In this document: positions 1 through 6,754 of the stretch, one piece after another
Layout of the letters: the number at the start of each line of letters is the position of its first letter
Numbering within the stretch: the first letter of the stretch is position 1
Source of the DNA: a virus
Reading direction: 5' to 3' (one strand)
Virus genome (UHGV): UHGV-1813710
DNA: 13,011 bases
The notes under the pieces: model-generated
The model's input: the letters and a program-made list of their open reading frames with translations, nothing else
What the model was told of the DNA's origin: nothing
Database searches by the model: none
Made by a program: the position numbers and the translations under genes

Positions 1-688
1 ATGACCAAAACTGCTTTATGCCGTGGCGTGTTGATGGGCGCTGCTTACGCTCGATGATCCCCATCCTCTCAAGAATCGTGTTGGCCACTACTGCGCTCAG
101 GTCTGATCCGTGGCGCTTTAATAGCGTAGTGATTGCTGCTGTTGTGCGGCTTGAACCATCTATCGCGCCAGCTGGAGCATCAATAGCATAGGCGGGCATG
201 AGTTGAGGCACGCCCGCAAATTCTTGCAACTTTTGCAGTGCGCCAAGGCGTGATGAGTTAGACAGATTGAGCAATCTGGTTGCCGAGTCGATGATCATCA
301 AGCCGCACTGCACTTTTTCAGCAATAGCCGGATCGGTAGCTACTGGCGGCGCTAACTGCTGCTCTAGCTCTGTCATGTGATCAAATACTTTGGCTTGAAT
401 AGCGTAGCTGTAGCTCATAGCCATCAAGCAGGCTTCGCGCTTTGGAAGTTGCAGGCACGGTAACTCGCGGCCGGTGCTATCTGTATACTGAGCGAAAAAT
501 TTTGCTAAGTGCTTTTCACCCAAAACTTTTGGCGATTTAGTCAAAAAATCCGCGTGTCGGAGTTGTGCGTGTCCCTTGCTAGGAAATTCGCAACCAACAG
601 CCTCGGCTTTCGATTTGCGCTCTGCATTGATGTAGTCCACCAGCTCAAGGCTTGTCATCGTGATTTGAGTTGTGGGTAAATTAATCAT
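1..688 (-). CDS. Phage regulatory protein, Rha/antirepressor-like (N-terminal DNA-binding region plus KilAC-like C-terminal region); C-terminus truncated by window start
   Basis: Open frame on the minus strand from ATG at 688-686 (MINLPTTQITMTSLELVDYINAERK...) to the window edge with no stop. Not in the ORF track because it is incomplete. GAGGGGG Shine-Dalgarno lies 4-10 nt upstream, and the ATG directly follows the TGA of the upstream ORF. Motifs such as PKREACLMAMSYSYAIQAKVFD recall phage Rha/antirepressor families (from memory, unverified). A second in-frame ATG sits at 658. Confidence 0.6.
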   Translation of the reverse strand, partial: MINLPTTQITMTSLELVDYINAERKSKAEAVGCEFPSKGHAQLRHADFLTKSPKVLGEKHLAKFFAQYTDSTGRELPCLQLPKREACLMAMSYSYAIQAKVFDHMTELEQQLAPPVATDPAIAEKVQCGLMIIDSATRLLNLSNSSRLGALQKLQEFAGVPQLMPAYAIDAPAGAIDGSSRTTAAITTLLKRHGSDLSAVVANTILERMGIIERKQRPSTRHGIKQFWS

Positions 689-871
689 TCAGCCCCCTCG
701 CTTCGCTGGATGAGTGATTTGTTCCACAGACCAATGAGCAAAGCTGTGGTTGATAGGTACCCACTCACCCGCTAAATTAACTGCATAGCGTAACGGGGCT
801 GGCGGTCTAGCATTATCGACCGGTAAGCAACGTAATTGCGGAACCTTGCAAGTTGCTGTTAATATGTTCAT
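689..871 (-). CDS. Small hypothetical phage protein (60 aa)
   Basis: ATG at 871-869 overlaps the TGA of the upstream CII-like ORF (ATGA overlap), and its own stop abuts the start of the downstream gene. The ORF track gives a longer version starting at 925 that would overlap the upstream gene. Confidence 0.4.
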   Translation of the reverse strand: MNILTATCKVPQLRCLPVDNARPPAPLRYAVNLAGEWVPINHSFAHWSVEQITHPAKRGG

Positions 872-1395
872 GCGATTGATTCTCCACACAGACAATTTTT
901 CGCCAAGGCGCCCGGAGCTGCACACTCGCGGGCGTCAACTTTTTCAGGCTCGCAATAGACACGAGCCACAAGCGTAAGAAACTGCATCAAGATGATATGG
1001 ATCTGGTGCGCTACTTCATTTAGCCCATCGAACTCTCGCCGCGTAATGACGTTGTCTGCTTTGTACTCACGATACGCGTTCGACAATTCCCCCAGCTTTG
1101 CCACCAGCTCAGCAAACTTATCGCCGATATCTTCGTTATCAATTTGATCAAGTTCTGGAAGCAATAAGAAAACGCCCCCCGAGATCCGCGCAATAGTTGA
1201 TGCAAAGTCTTCTGTCTGGCTGAATGCTTGCATCTGCAGCGCGTCATTGACGCTCATGTATTGAGCCCCGGCACCGCCACGTTCATAAACAAGGTTTTCA
1301 AGCTTGCAGCGGCTGTAACCTAAAGCGGCTGACATTGCATCCCAGCCGCCGGGATATGCCCTGATCATTGACTGGTAACACTTGCGAATTTCCAC
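868..1395 (-). CDS. CII-like early regulatory protein (phage CII/CP76-type, tentative)
   Basis: 175-aa ORF directly downstream of the cro-like gene on the same strand. GTG start at 1395 with AAGGGG Shine-Dalgarno 6 nt upstream; first in-frame ATG is 27 nt inside. Position and sequence style recall phage 186 CII-type regulators; the family assignment is from memory only. Confidence 0.5.
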   Translation of the reverse strand: MEIRKCYQSMIRAYPGGWDAMSAALGYSRCKLENLVYERGGAGAQYMSVNDALQMQAFSQTEDFASTIARISGGVFLLLPELDQIDNEDIGDKFAELVAKLGELSNAYREYKADNVITRREFDGLNEVAHQIHIILMQFLTLVARVYCEPEKVDARECAAPGALAKNCLCGESIA

Positions 1396-1450
1396 ATAGA
1401 CCCCTTATTGGTTGTGGTTTCTGTAAACATATAAATAATTAATAATGGTT

Positions 1451-1684
1451 TTACTTCGAGCCAATGCGCTTCTTGCTTATCTCCAGCAAGTATTTTGCGG
1501 TGTATTTGCCTTTTGAAGCTTTGGCTATTTTGTTTGCGTAATCGGTCTCGCCACAAAAGTCCGTTCGGGGCAAGGAACCTTTTGAGATCCACTTGTAAAT
1601 TGCTCTTGGTGTGCGCCCGCAACAACTTGCAACCAACAGCACGCCTATTTCTTTCAAGGCATCACCTAACGTCTTATTTTCCAT
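1451..1684 (-). CDS. Cro-like HTH DNA-binding protein (Cro/YdaS-type)
   Basis: 77-aa ORF divergent from the repressor gene. AGGTGA Shine-Dalgarno 5 nt upstream of the ATG at 1684. The segment GRTPRAIYKWISKGSLP looks like the recognition helix region of Cro/YdaS-like proteins. Confidence 0.7.
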   Translation of the reverse strand: MENKTLGDALKEIGVLLVASCCGRTPRAIYKWISKGSLPRTDFCGETDYANKIAKASKGKYTAKYLLEISKKRIGSK

Positions 1685-1689
1685 GCTCT

Positions 1690-1773
1690 CACCTATAAAA
1701 TGAACTTAAAGTACATTCTATGTCAGAACTGAAAGTACATGCAAATGATTCTACAATTGAACCCATGGTACAA
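1690..1773. promoter_or_regulatory. OR-like immunity switch: three 17-bp bipartite operator-like repeats with putative divergent promoters
   Basis: Repeats ATGAAC-TTAAA-GTACAT (1700-1716), CAGAAC-TGAAA-GTACAT (1724-1740) and TTGAAC-CCATG-GTACAA (1757-1773). Candidate leftward promoter on the minus strand: TTGCAT (plus 1744-1739), 18-bp spacer, TAGAAT (plus 1720-1715). Candidate rightward promoter: -10 TACAAT at 1752-1757, placing the transcript start near the ATG at 1765 (leaderless, as for lambda cI). Confidence 0.45.
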
Positions 1774-2700
1774 GACGAAAAAGTGCGGAAAGATTTTGCC
1801 CAGCGGCTAGCACTGGCCTGTAGAGAAGCGGGGCTTGATGATCATGGCCGTGGCACTGAAATAGCCAAGGCGCTAAAGGTTACGGCCAAGGCTGTCAGCA
1901 AATGGCTCAATGCTGAGGCGTTGCCTCGTCAGCCCAAGATGGAGGCGCTGGCAAGGTTCCTGAAGGTCGATATGATATGGTTGCAGCATGGTAAGCGTGA
2001 CTCAAGATCTGCTGATGAGCAGGACGGGATCATTAAGTACAAGGATTTCGCAGATAGGCTAAACTCTCTCATGGGCGATAAGGGGGTGGACGTGAATCAA
2101 TTAAAAGAAATCTGCGATGTCACATTTGAAGTAGCGCGAAGTTATACACTTGGTGTATCAAAACCACGGGATGAAGCATTAGAGAAAATAGCTAATTTTT
2201 TTCAAGTTTCAATGCCATTTCTCGACTATGGCGTAGTTGATGACTCGCAACCATCTTCCGATACTGAAAAATTACAGCAGTTAGCTGTTTACGCCTCGGC
2301 TGGACGTAGCGGATATATAAATTCAGAGTTCCCAGAGGTCATCCGATCGATTGAAATACCCAAAGAGAGGATCTATGAGCTTTTTGGGAGAAAAAGCCTT
2401 GATGGTATCAGCATCATGAACATCAACGGCGATAGTATGATCCCAACTCTCAACCCTAGAGATCTTCTTTTTATTGACACTAGAATTGATAGTTTTAATG
2501 GCGATGGCGTCTATGTATTTTGTTTTGAAGATGCAATGTTTGTTAAGCGATTACAAAGAGTTAAGGGTAGAAGGTTATCAGTAATTTCAGATAATAATGT
2601 TTACCCTCCATTTACAATTGAAGAAAATGAAATGTTTGAGCTGTACATATATGGAAAGTTGATAAAACAATTACCAATGAAGCTCATTGATTTCGCTTAG
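1765..2700 (+). CDS. CI-type prophage repressor with two tandem HTH (XRE-type) domains and a C-terminal S24 (LexA-like) autopeptidase domain
   Basis: C-terminal region contains GDSM (catalytic Ser) and FVKRL (catalytic Lys) plus an Ala-Gly candidate cleavage site (YASAGRSG). Two separate HTH-like segments precede it (…TEIAKALKVTAKAVSKWLN… and …LKEICDVTFEVARSYTLGVS…). Start ambiguous: ATG 1720 (track) or ATG 1765; 1765 is preferred because 1720 lies among the operator repeats and the putative leftward promoter. Confidence 0.85.
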   Translation: MVQDEKVRKDFAQRLALACREAGLDDHGRGTEIAKALKVTAKAVSKWLNAEALPRQPKMEALARFLKVDMIWLQHGKRDSRSADEQDGIIKYKDFADRLNSLMGDKGVDVNQLKEICDVTFEVARSYTLGVSKPRDEALEKIANFFQVSMPFLDYGVVDDSQPSSDTEKLQQLAVYASAGRSGYINSEFPEVIRSIEIPKERIYELFGRKSLDGISIMNINGDSMIPTLNPRDLLFIDTRIDSFNGDGVYVFCFEDAMFVKRLQRVKGRRLSVISDNNVYPPFTIEENEMFELYIYGKLIKQLPMKLIDFA

Positions 2701-2717
2701 CCCTGCCAACCAAACTT

Positions 2718-2745
2718 AAAGCCGACAACTGTCGGCTTTTTTTTT
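2718..2745 (+). terminator. Rho-independent terminator downstream of the repressor gene
   Basis: Stem GCCGAC (2721-2726) pairs with GTCGGC (2731-2736) around a 4-nt loop, followed by nine T residues (2737-2745), 18 nt after the stop codon. Confidence 0.8.
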
Positions 2746-2783
2746 GCAATAATTTCAATAAATTAAATACAACAACCAATAAA

Positions 2784-2830
2784 ATGTACTTCTGGTACTT
2801 GATTAAATTGAACCAATAGTACATTATAAA
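2784..2830 (+). promoter_or_regulatory. OL-like site: two more copies of the operator motif overlapping a putative rightward promoter
   Basis: TTGAAC-CAATA-GTACAT at 2808-2824 (same orientation as the OR copies) and ATGTAC-TTCTG-GTAC at 2784-2800 (inverted copy with a perfect GTACAT half-site on the minus strand). Centres are 24 bp apart, the same spacing as OR copies 1 and 2. TATAAA at 2825-2830 is a possible -10. Confidence 0.4.
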
Positions 2831-2898
2831 TCCATCAACCGCAGTCACTAGCACTATCAGTGGTTGTGGATACTTAAGAGACTTAGGTGGGAGTTCAA

Positions 2899-3159
2899 AT
2901 GACTAGTTATTACACGTGCTCTTTTTGCGGGATACGCGAGCAGGATGCTAAAAGGATTGTTGCCAAGGGTGGCAGAGATGAGCCAGCAATCTGCTCTAAG
3001 TGCATTGTCTCATGTGTAAATGTCATTATTAACGCAGGAACAGTAATGGAAATAGAGAAAAAAGGCGCCAATAAGGGTGAATTAATCCTTGATATGGAAT
3101 TGGCACCTCGATCAGAAAAAATGTCATTTACTCAGACTGAGGTAGCTCAATCGGATTAA
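2899..3159 (+). CDS. Small protein (86 aa) with a ClpX-type C4 zinc-finger (ClpX N-terminal zinc-binding-domain-like) and no ATPase domain
   Basis: Sequence MTSYYTCSFCGIREQDAKRIVAKGGRDEPAICSKCIVSCVNVII has C-x2-C-x19-C-x2-C and parallels the ClpX N-domain (recalled E. coli motif YCSFCGK…RKLIAG…ICDECVDLCNDII). GGGAG Shine-Dalgarno 6 nt upstream of ATG 2899; the track's 2887 start is GTG. Confidence 0.65.
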   Translation: MTSYYTCSFCGIREQDAKRIVAKGGRDEPAICSKCIVSCVNVIINAGTVMEIEKKGANKGELILDMELAPRSEKMSFTQTEVAQSD

Positions 3160-3403
3160 GCGCCATTGACGCCATTGGTAGCTGAATCAATGAGATCGGC
3201 AAGTTGGATAAACTTCTCTCTACCAGTTGACCTTAAGACACTACTGGCATTAGCAGAACAAGCATCACTGGAATATGCCGCTAGCAAGCATATAGCGGTC
3301 TTTAAAGCGCCGAGTTCTTCAATTAAACCTTCTGGCGTTACGTCGTTATCAAGTGACAGTGTGAAATTTGGCATTTTTATCTCTATGTGATTGGTGTACG
3401 ACA

Positions 3404-3440
3404 GGTGGCGACATTGGCCACCACGCTCTTTAAAAATCTG
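3404..3440 (+). terminator. Hairpin with weak T-tract between the convergent genes (possible terminator)
   Basis: GGTGGC (3404-3409), 7-nt loop, GCCACC (3417-3422), followed by ACGCTCTTTAAAAATCT. The T-tract is interrupted, so termination efficiency is uncertain. Confidence 0.3.
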
Positions 3441-3458
3441 GATATCCCTAGTCGATAG

Positions 3459-3971
3459 TTAGAAGATCATTGGAGCGATATCTATTGGCTCATATGCCGA
3501 TTTGTTCATTAGAAAAAGGCTGGCGCAATGAAAGCATTTGCATTGTTCAAAGTAACAAGAGTTATTCGAATTATATCCAACCTCTCCTGTTGGCTGGAGT
3601 ATCGATACTATTTTTTGTGTGAAGCATTTTGGGCAAAGATGCACGGCTATTTGCATTCCGTTAACAGATTCATTCTTAGAATAAACAAACGTTCCAGAAT
3701 CAAGCTGGTTCAGAGCATAACCTTCAGTCTGGCTTTTAAAGTCTTCGAACTCTGCAATTTTTGCTTTGAGCGTTACGGCTTCTTCCTGATAAAAGCGTGC
3801 AAGCTCAATGAGCGACATGCATTCACGCTGCACAGACGTAAGCTTTAAAACCATATCGCTAACAGCAGAATTTATCTCTGCCTGTGTTTTTGCATTTGAA
3901 ATAACTTTCGCCAAAGCAGTCGTTTCTTTAATTGCCGACATTGCAGCTGTGATTTCAACAAACACTTTCAA
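3459..3971 (-). CDS. Hypothetical protein (170 aa): helical/coiled-coil N-terminal half, Cys-rich C-terminal half; AT-rich moron-like gene
   Basis: Protein-like ORF convergent with the flanking rightward genes; the opposite-strand ORFs (3528-3848, 3808-4008) look like antisense artefacts. C-terminal half has a CPKC…C…CKCFHC pattern suggesting metal binding. TTG start at 3971 with no clear Shine-Dalgarno; alternative ATG at 3941. Sequence is visibly more AT-rich than neighbouring phage genes. Confidence 0.5.
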   Translation of the reverse strand: MKVFVEITAAMSAIKETTALAKVISNAKTQAEINSAVSDMVLKLTSVQRECMSLIELARFYQEEAVTLKAKIAEFEDFKSQTEGYALNQLDSGTFVYSKNESVNGMQIAVHLCPKCFTQKIVSILQPTGEVGYNSNNSCYFEQCKCFHCASLFLMNKSAYEPIDIAPMIF

Positions 3972-4269
3972 TACTCATATAGTCGTTGGGGATATTCAGA
4001 CTAACTGAATTCTTGTTGTTGGGGAATAGCAGGAACCACTGCCGCCTGAAGTGGAAAAATAAACAGGCTAAATAAGTTACATGTGAATCATCAGCAGCAG
4101 ACCAGCCGGCGGTGTCTTAACACCGGCAGTACATAATGAATAGCCACTACTCTCCGGGTATTCATGTATGCACGGACAGCTCGGAAAGACGTAGCCGCCT
4201 GATCCACGTTAAGGATCACACAACCGCATGGGTATTTAGATTCAGGGGCGTTTCGAGTACCCAGCCGGT

Positions 4270-4313
4270 TGTGGTGTAGCGGTTACGCGCTGGTTCAAGT
4301 CCAGTCACCACAA
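4270..4313 (+). other. tRNA-like minihelix (acceptor stem, U8-A9, short hairpin and T-arm, but no anticodon arm)
   Basis: TGTGGTG (4270-4276) pairs perfectly with CACCACA (4306-4312). TA follows at 4277-4278, then a GCG-GTTA-CGC hairpin (4279-4288), then T-arm GCTGG-TTCAAGT-CCAGT (4289-4305) with a canonical T-loop sequence, then an A at the discriminator position. Confidence 0.35.
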
Positions 4314-4339
4314 AATATGTTCCATCGCTGTGTAGTCTT

Positions 4340-4406
4340 GGCGGTTGCAGGGTTTCAACCTTTAGAGGATTGATGACTGTTATTTGTCCTGTAACCGCCC
4401 TTTTTC
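4340..4406 (+). terminator. Long hairpin followed by T-tract upstream of the early operon (candidate terminator or attenuator)
   Basis: GGCGGTTGCAGG (4340-4351) pairs with CCTGTAACCGCC (4388-4399): 12 bp including one G-T pair, 36-nt loop, followed by CTTTTTC (4400-4406). Confidence 0.35.
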
Positions 4407-4493
4407 ACCACACAGAGAGAAGTGCTTGTTGAGTGCTGCCCTGTGTGTGGAGAACGTATCGCGATGTGCATCGCACTTTCTGAGGGTCAAACA

Positions 4494-4868
4494 ATGAGTA
4501 AAGAAAATCGCATGACAGTAGTGCCCGAGTTCTTGGGCGAACTGGATGCAGGGATCTTTGAAAATAAGATTGCTGCAGCGTTAAACAGTACCGCTTTAGG
4601 CGTTCTAAACAACGGCGGTAAAGGTCAGGTTGTTGTTACGTTTGATATTGATCGACTGAGCAATTCGGTTGAAGAAAAACGCGTTGGTATTAAGCATAAG
4701 TTGAAGTTCGTTACACCTACCCCACGGGGCAAAGTGTCAGAAGAAGACACCACGGAAACGCCTATGTACGTAGGGAAAGGTGGCAAGTTAACAGTATTGC
4801 AAGAAGATCAAGGGCAACTGTTTTCAATCGATGGCGCCCCGGATGGAAAATTGCGCCAAACGCAATAA
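4494..4868 (+). CDS. Hypothetical phage early protein (124 aa)
   Basis: ATG at 4494 with GAGGG Shine-Dalgarno 7-11 nt upstream. The track's longer form starts at 4422, but that extension is encoded by a palindromic leader and is Cys-rich. Confidence 0.6.
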   Translation: MSKENRMTVVPEFLGELDAGIFENKIAAALNSTALGVLNNGGKGQVVVTFDIDRLSNSVEEKRVGIKHKLKFVTPTPRGKVSEEDTTETPMYVGKGGKLTVLQEDQGQLFSIDGAPDGKLRQTQ

Positions 4869-4925
4869 TCTTGGCAATTAAATAAACCTCACCATTTTAT
4901 TACTTAATTAAAGCAAGGATAAAAC

Positions 4926-5753
4926 ATGTCACAAGTAGACGGTTCAGCTATTCAACAAATTAAAGATCTTTCACTGGCTGCATTTTATTTAGACCCAATT
5001 AAATCAACTAACTGCCCTGCAGTTATTATTCCGTCTGATTATCAAGTTAAGAGCTTGGAAAGCTTAAATGATGGTCGTTTTCGTTTTCGCGGCAAATTAA
5101 GCACAACTAGCATTGCTGATTTTGTTCGTTATTCATCTGCATACTCTGAAGGTCAGCCGGGCGCCAGTTGTTTTATTGACGCTGACAATATGTGTGCAAC
5201 ATCCGTTTTCAACCTAGGCACGCTTGAGAGCGCAGGCCACGCTGATAACACTGCAGCAATCGCTTTGAAAAAAACAGCACCATTCTGTGCTCTGCTTGAT
5301 TTCAATGGCGAAAAGTCACGCCAAAAGCAGCTTGCAGAATGGCTAGAGGATTGGAGCGACTTCCTCACCGCCTTTGATGCAGACGGCAAGGTACTTCCAA
5401 TTAAACAAGCTGTTAGCGCCATTCGCCGTATTACCATTGAATCAGTGCAAAGTGCGGATCATGAAGATGCTGATTTCAGCGGTAAGCAGTCATTGATGCA
5501 AAGTGTAGAGGCTAAAAGCAAAGAGATCATGCCTGTGGCCTTTGAATTTAAGTGCGTACCTTATGAGGGCTTATCCGAGCGCCGTTTCAGTCTGCGTAAT
5601 AGTATTCTGACGGGGGACACGCCTTTATTCGTTCTGCGTATTGTTCAACTGGAAGCTGTAGAGGAAGAAATTGCAAACGAATTCCGTGATCTGCTCACAG
5701 AGCAATTCACAGGCAAATCAATTGAAACCTTTATTGGTAATTTTAAAGCCTAA
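4926..5753 (+). CDS. Hypothetical phage protein, DUF2303/YfdQ-like (recollection, unverified)
   Basis: 275-aa ORF with AAGGA Shine-Dalgarno 7 nt upstream of the ATG. Its size and the following HD-domain gene resemble the yfdQ-yfdR arrangement of the E. coli CPS-53 cryptic prophage. Confidence 0.65.
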   Translation: MSQVDGSAIQQIKDLSLAAFYLDPIKSTNCPAVIIPSDYQVKSLESLNDGRFRFRGKLSTTSIADFVRYSSAYSEGQPGASCFIDADNMCATSVFNLGTLESAGHADNTAAIALKKTAPFCALLDFNGEKSRQKQLAEWLEDWSDFLTAFDADGKVLPIKQAVSAIRRITIESVQSADHEDADFSGKQSLMQSVEAKSKEIMPVAFEFKCVPYEGLSERRFSLRNSILTGDTPLFVLRIVQLEAVEEEIANEFRDLLTEQFTGKSIETFIGNFKA

Positions 5754-5779
5754 TTATTAATAACATTTAATACAGCCTT

Positions 5780-5803
5780 AAGCACCGAGCATATTCGGTG
5801 CTT
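5780..5803 (+). other. Perfect 8-bp stem hairpin in the intergenic region between early genes
   Basis: AAGCACCG (5780-5787), 8-nt loop, CGGTGCTT (5796-5803). The downstream tract is only moderately T-rich, so it may be an attenuator or processing/stability element rather than a strong terminator. Confidence 0.3.
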
Positions 5804-5843
5804 AGTGAAGTGTTATCTGTTTAATGTGTGGAGAAATTAAAAA

Positions 5844-6377
5844 GTGAATAGCCCTTATATTATTACCTTCTCAGGTAAAGCATTTAATTTAATCGAGCCT
5901 CAGCGCGAGCAAATAGTGATCGAGGATATTGCTCATGCGCTAGCGAGAGAAAACCGCTTTAACGGTCACACTAAGGCCGCATACAGCGTTGCCCAGCACT
6001 GCTATCACGCATCATTTTGTGTACCGCCAGAGTTCGCACTTGAGGCGCTAATGCATGATGCTGCCGAGGCTTACATCAAAGATATTCCATCACCAATAAA
6101 GCTTCTTTTGCCAGATTATCGCGCATTAGAAAAACGCGTTGAAATGGCTATCTGCGAACGATTTGGCCTACCACTAGCGCTGAGTAGCTGCGTCAAATAT
6201 GCAGACCTCATCATGCTGGCATCAGAAAAACGCGACCTTGGCATCGTCGATGAAAAACCGTGGCCACTTTTGGAAGGTATTCCAGTTGCTGATTTCACTA
6301 TCGAACCAATGACTGCAGAAGTTGCCGAGCATCTCTTTATGGGGCGCTACGTAGAATTGACGGAGCTATGCAAATGA
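5844..6377 (+). CDS. HD-domain phosphohydrolase (YfdR/YfbR-like nucleotidase family)
   Basis: HD-domain signature H…H…HD: IAHALARENRFNGH…YSVAQHCYH…EALMHDAAEAYIKDIPSPIK, plus VKYADLIMLASEKRDLG. GTG start at 5844 with GGAG 11 nt upstream. Confidence 0.75.
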   Translation: MNSPYIITFSGKAFNLIEPQREQIVIEDIAHALARENRFNGHTKAAYSVAQHCYHASFCVPPEFALEALMHDAAEAYIKDIPSPIKLLLPDYRALEKRVEMAICERFGLPLALSSCVKYADLIMLASEKRDLGIVDEKPWPLLEGIPVADFTIEPMTAEVAEHLFMGRYVELTELCK

Positions 6378-6754
6378 CGCACATCAGTGAAATACCAGCA
6401 GGAACATTAGTTAAGCAAGCGCATGCAGGCGTGAAGCTTATTGCTGAACAGTATCCAGAGGCAGCGGCAATATTACGTGAAGCCATTACACGCTTTGATG
6501 TGTTGCGTGAGGTCCACCAGCTGACCAACCACAAAGTTAAAAAGCCCGTTACTGATGTGAAGCCTAATGATGTTGTTTGTGTTTTTGGTAAGTGCTACCG
6601 GCTGCGATACATCAACTATTACGGGAACCATTCAGTATTGCGCTTTCAGCCAGCTAGAGAGCCACTATCTCCATATACAGAAAATGATGTGATCAGCATC
6701 GATTTAGCAAATGACATTCTGATTGAGGTTGTGGGGGGGCTGAACAATGTCTGA
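6374..6754 (+). CDS. Hypothetical phage protein (about 126 aa)
   Basis: ATG at 6374 overlaps the TGA of the HD-domain gene (ATGA), with GGAG 8 nt upstream; the track uses the in-frame ATG at 6368. Confidence 0.55.
   Translation: MTHISEIPAGTLVKQAHAGVKLIAEQYPEAAAILREAITRFDVLREVHQLTNHKVKKPVTDVKPNDVVCVFGKCYRLRYINYYGNHSVLRFQPAREPLSPYTENDVISIDLANDILIEVVGGLNNV

Noticed and set aside
1020-1698. Track ORFs 1020-1247(-), 1365-1625(-) and 1495-1698(+) overlapping the CII-like and Cro-like genes
   Set aside because: They lie in alternative frames or antisense to better-supported genes with recognisable motifs and ribosome-binding sites, and their translations are low-complexity and Cys/Arg-rich. Treated as frame artefacts.
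3156-3390. Overlapping antisense ORF pair 3156-3374(-) and 3166-3390(+) in the gap between the zinc-finger gene and the 170-aa gene
   Set aside because: The two exclude each other and neither has a convincing start: the plus ORF begins with TTG, and the minus ORF has a weak Shine-Dalgarno and would overlap the stop of the convergent gene. The hairpin at 3404-3422 slightly favours plus-strand transcription, but I could not decide, so neither is listed as a feature.
3528-4008. Track ORFs 3528-3848(+) and 3808-4008(+)
   Set aside because: Antisense to the 170-aa minus-strand gene; translations are rich in Phe, Cys, Arg and Tyr, typical of the reverse strand of a real gene.
4422-4493. N-terminal extension of the first early gene starting at 4422
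   Set aside because: The extension is encoded by the palindromic leader, is Cys-rich, and lacks a Shine-Dalgarno, whereas ATG 4494 has GAGGG at ideal spacing.
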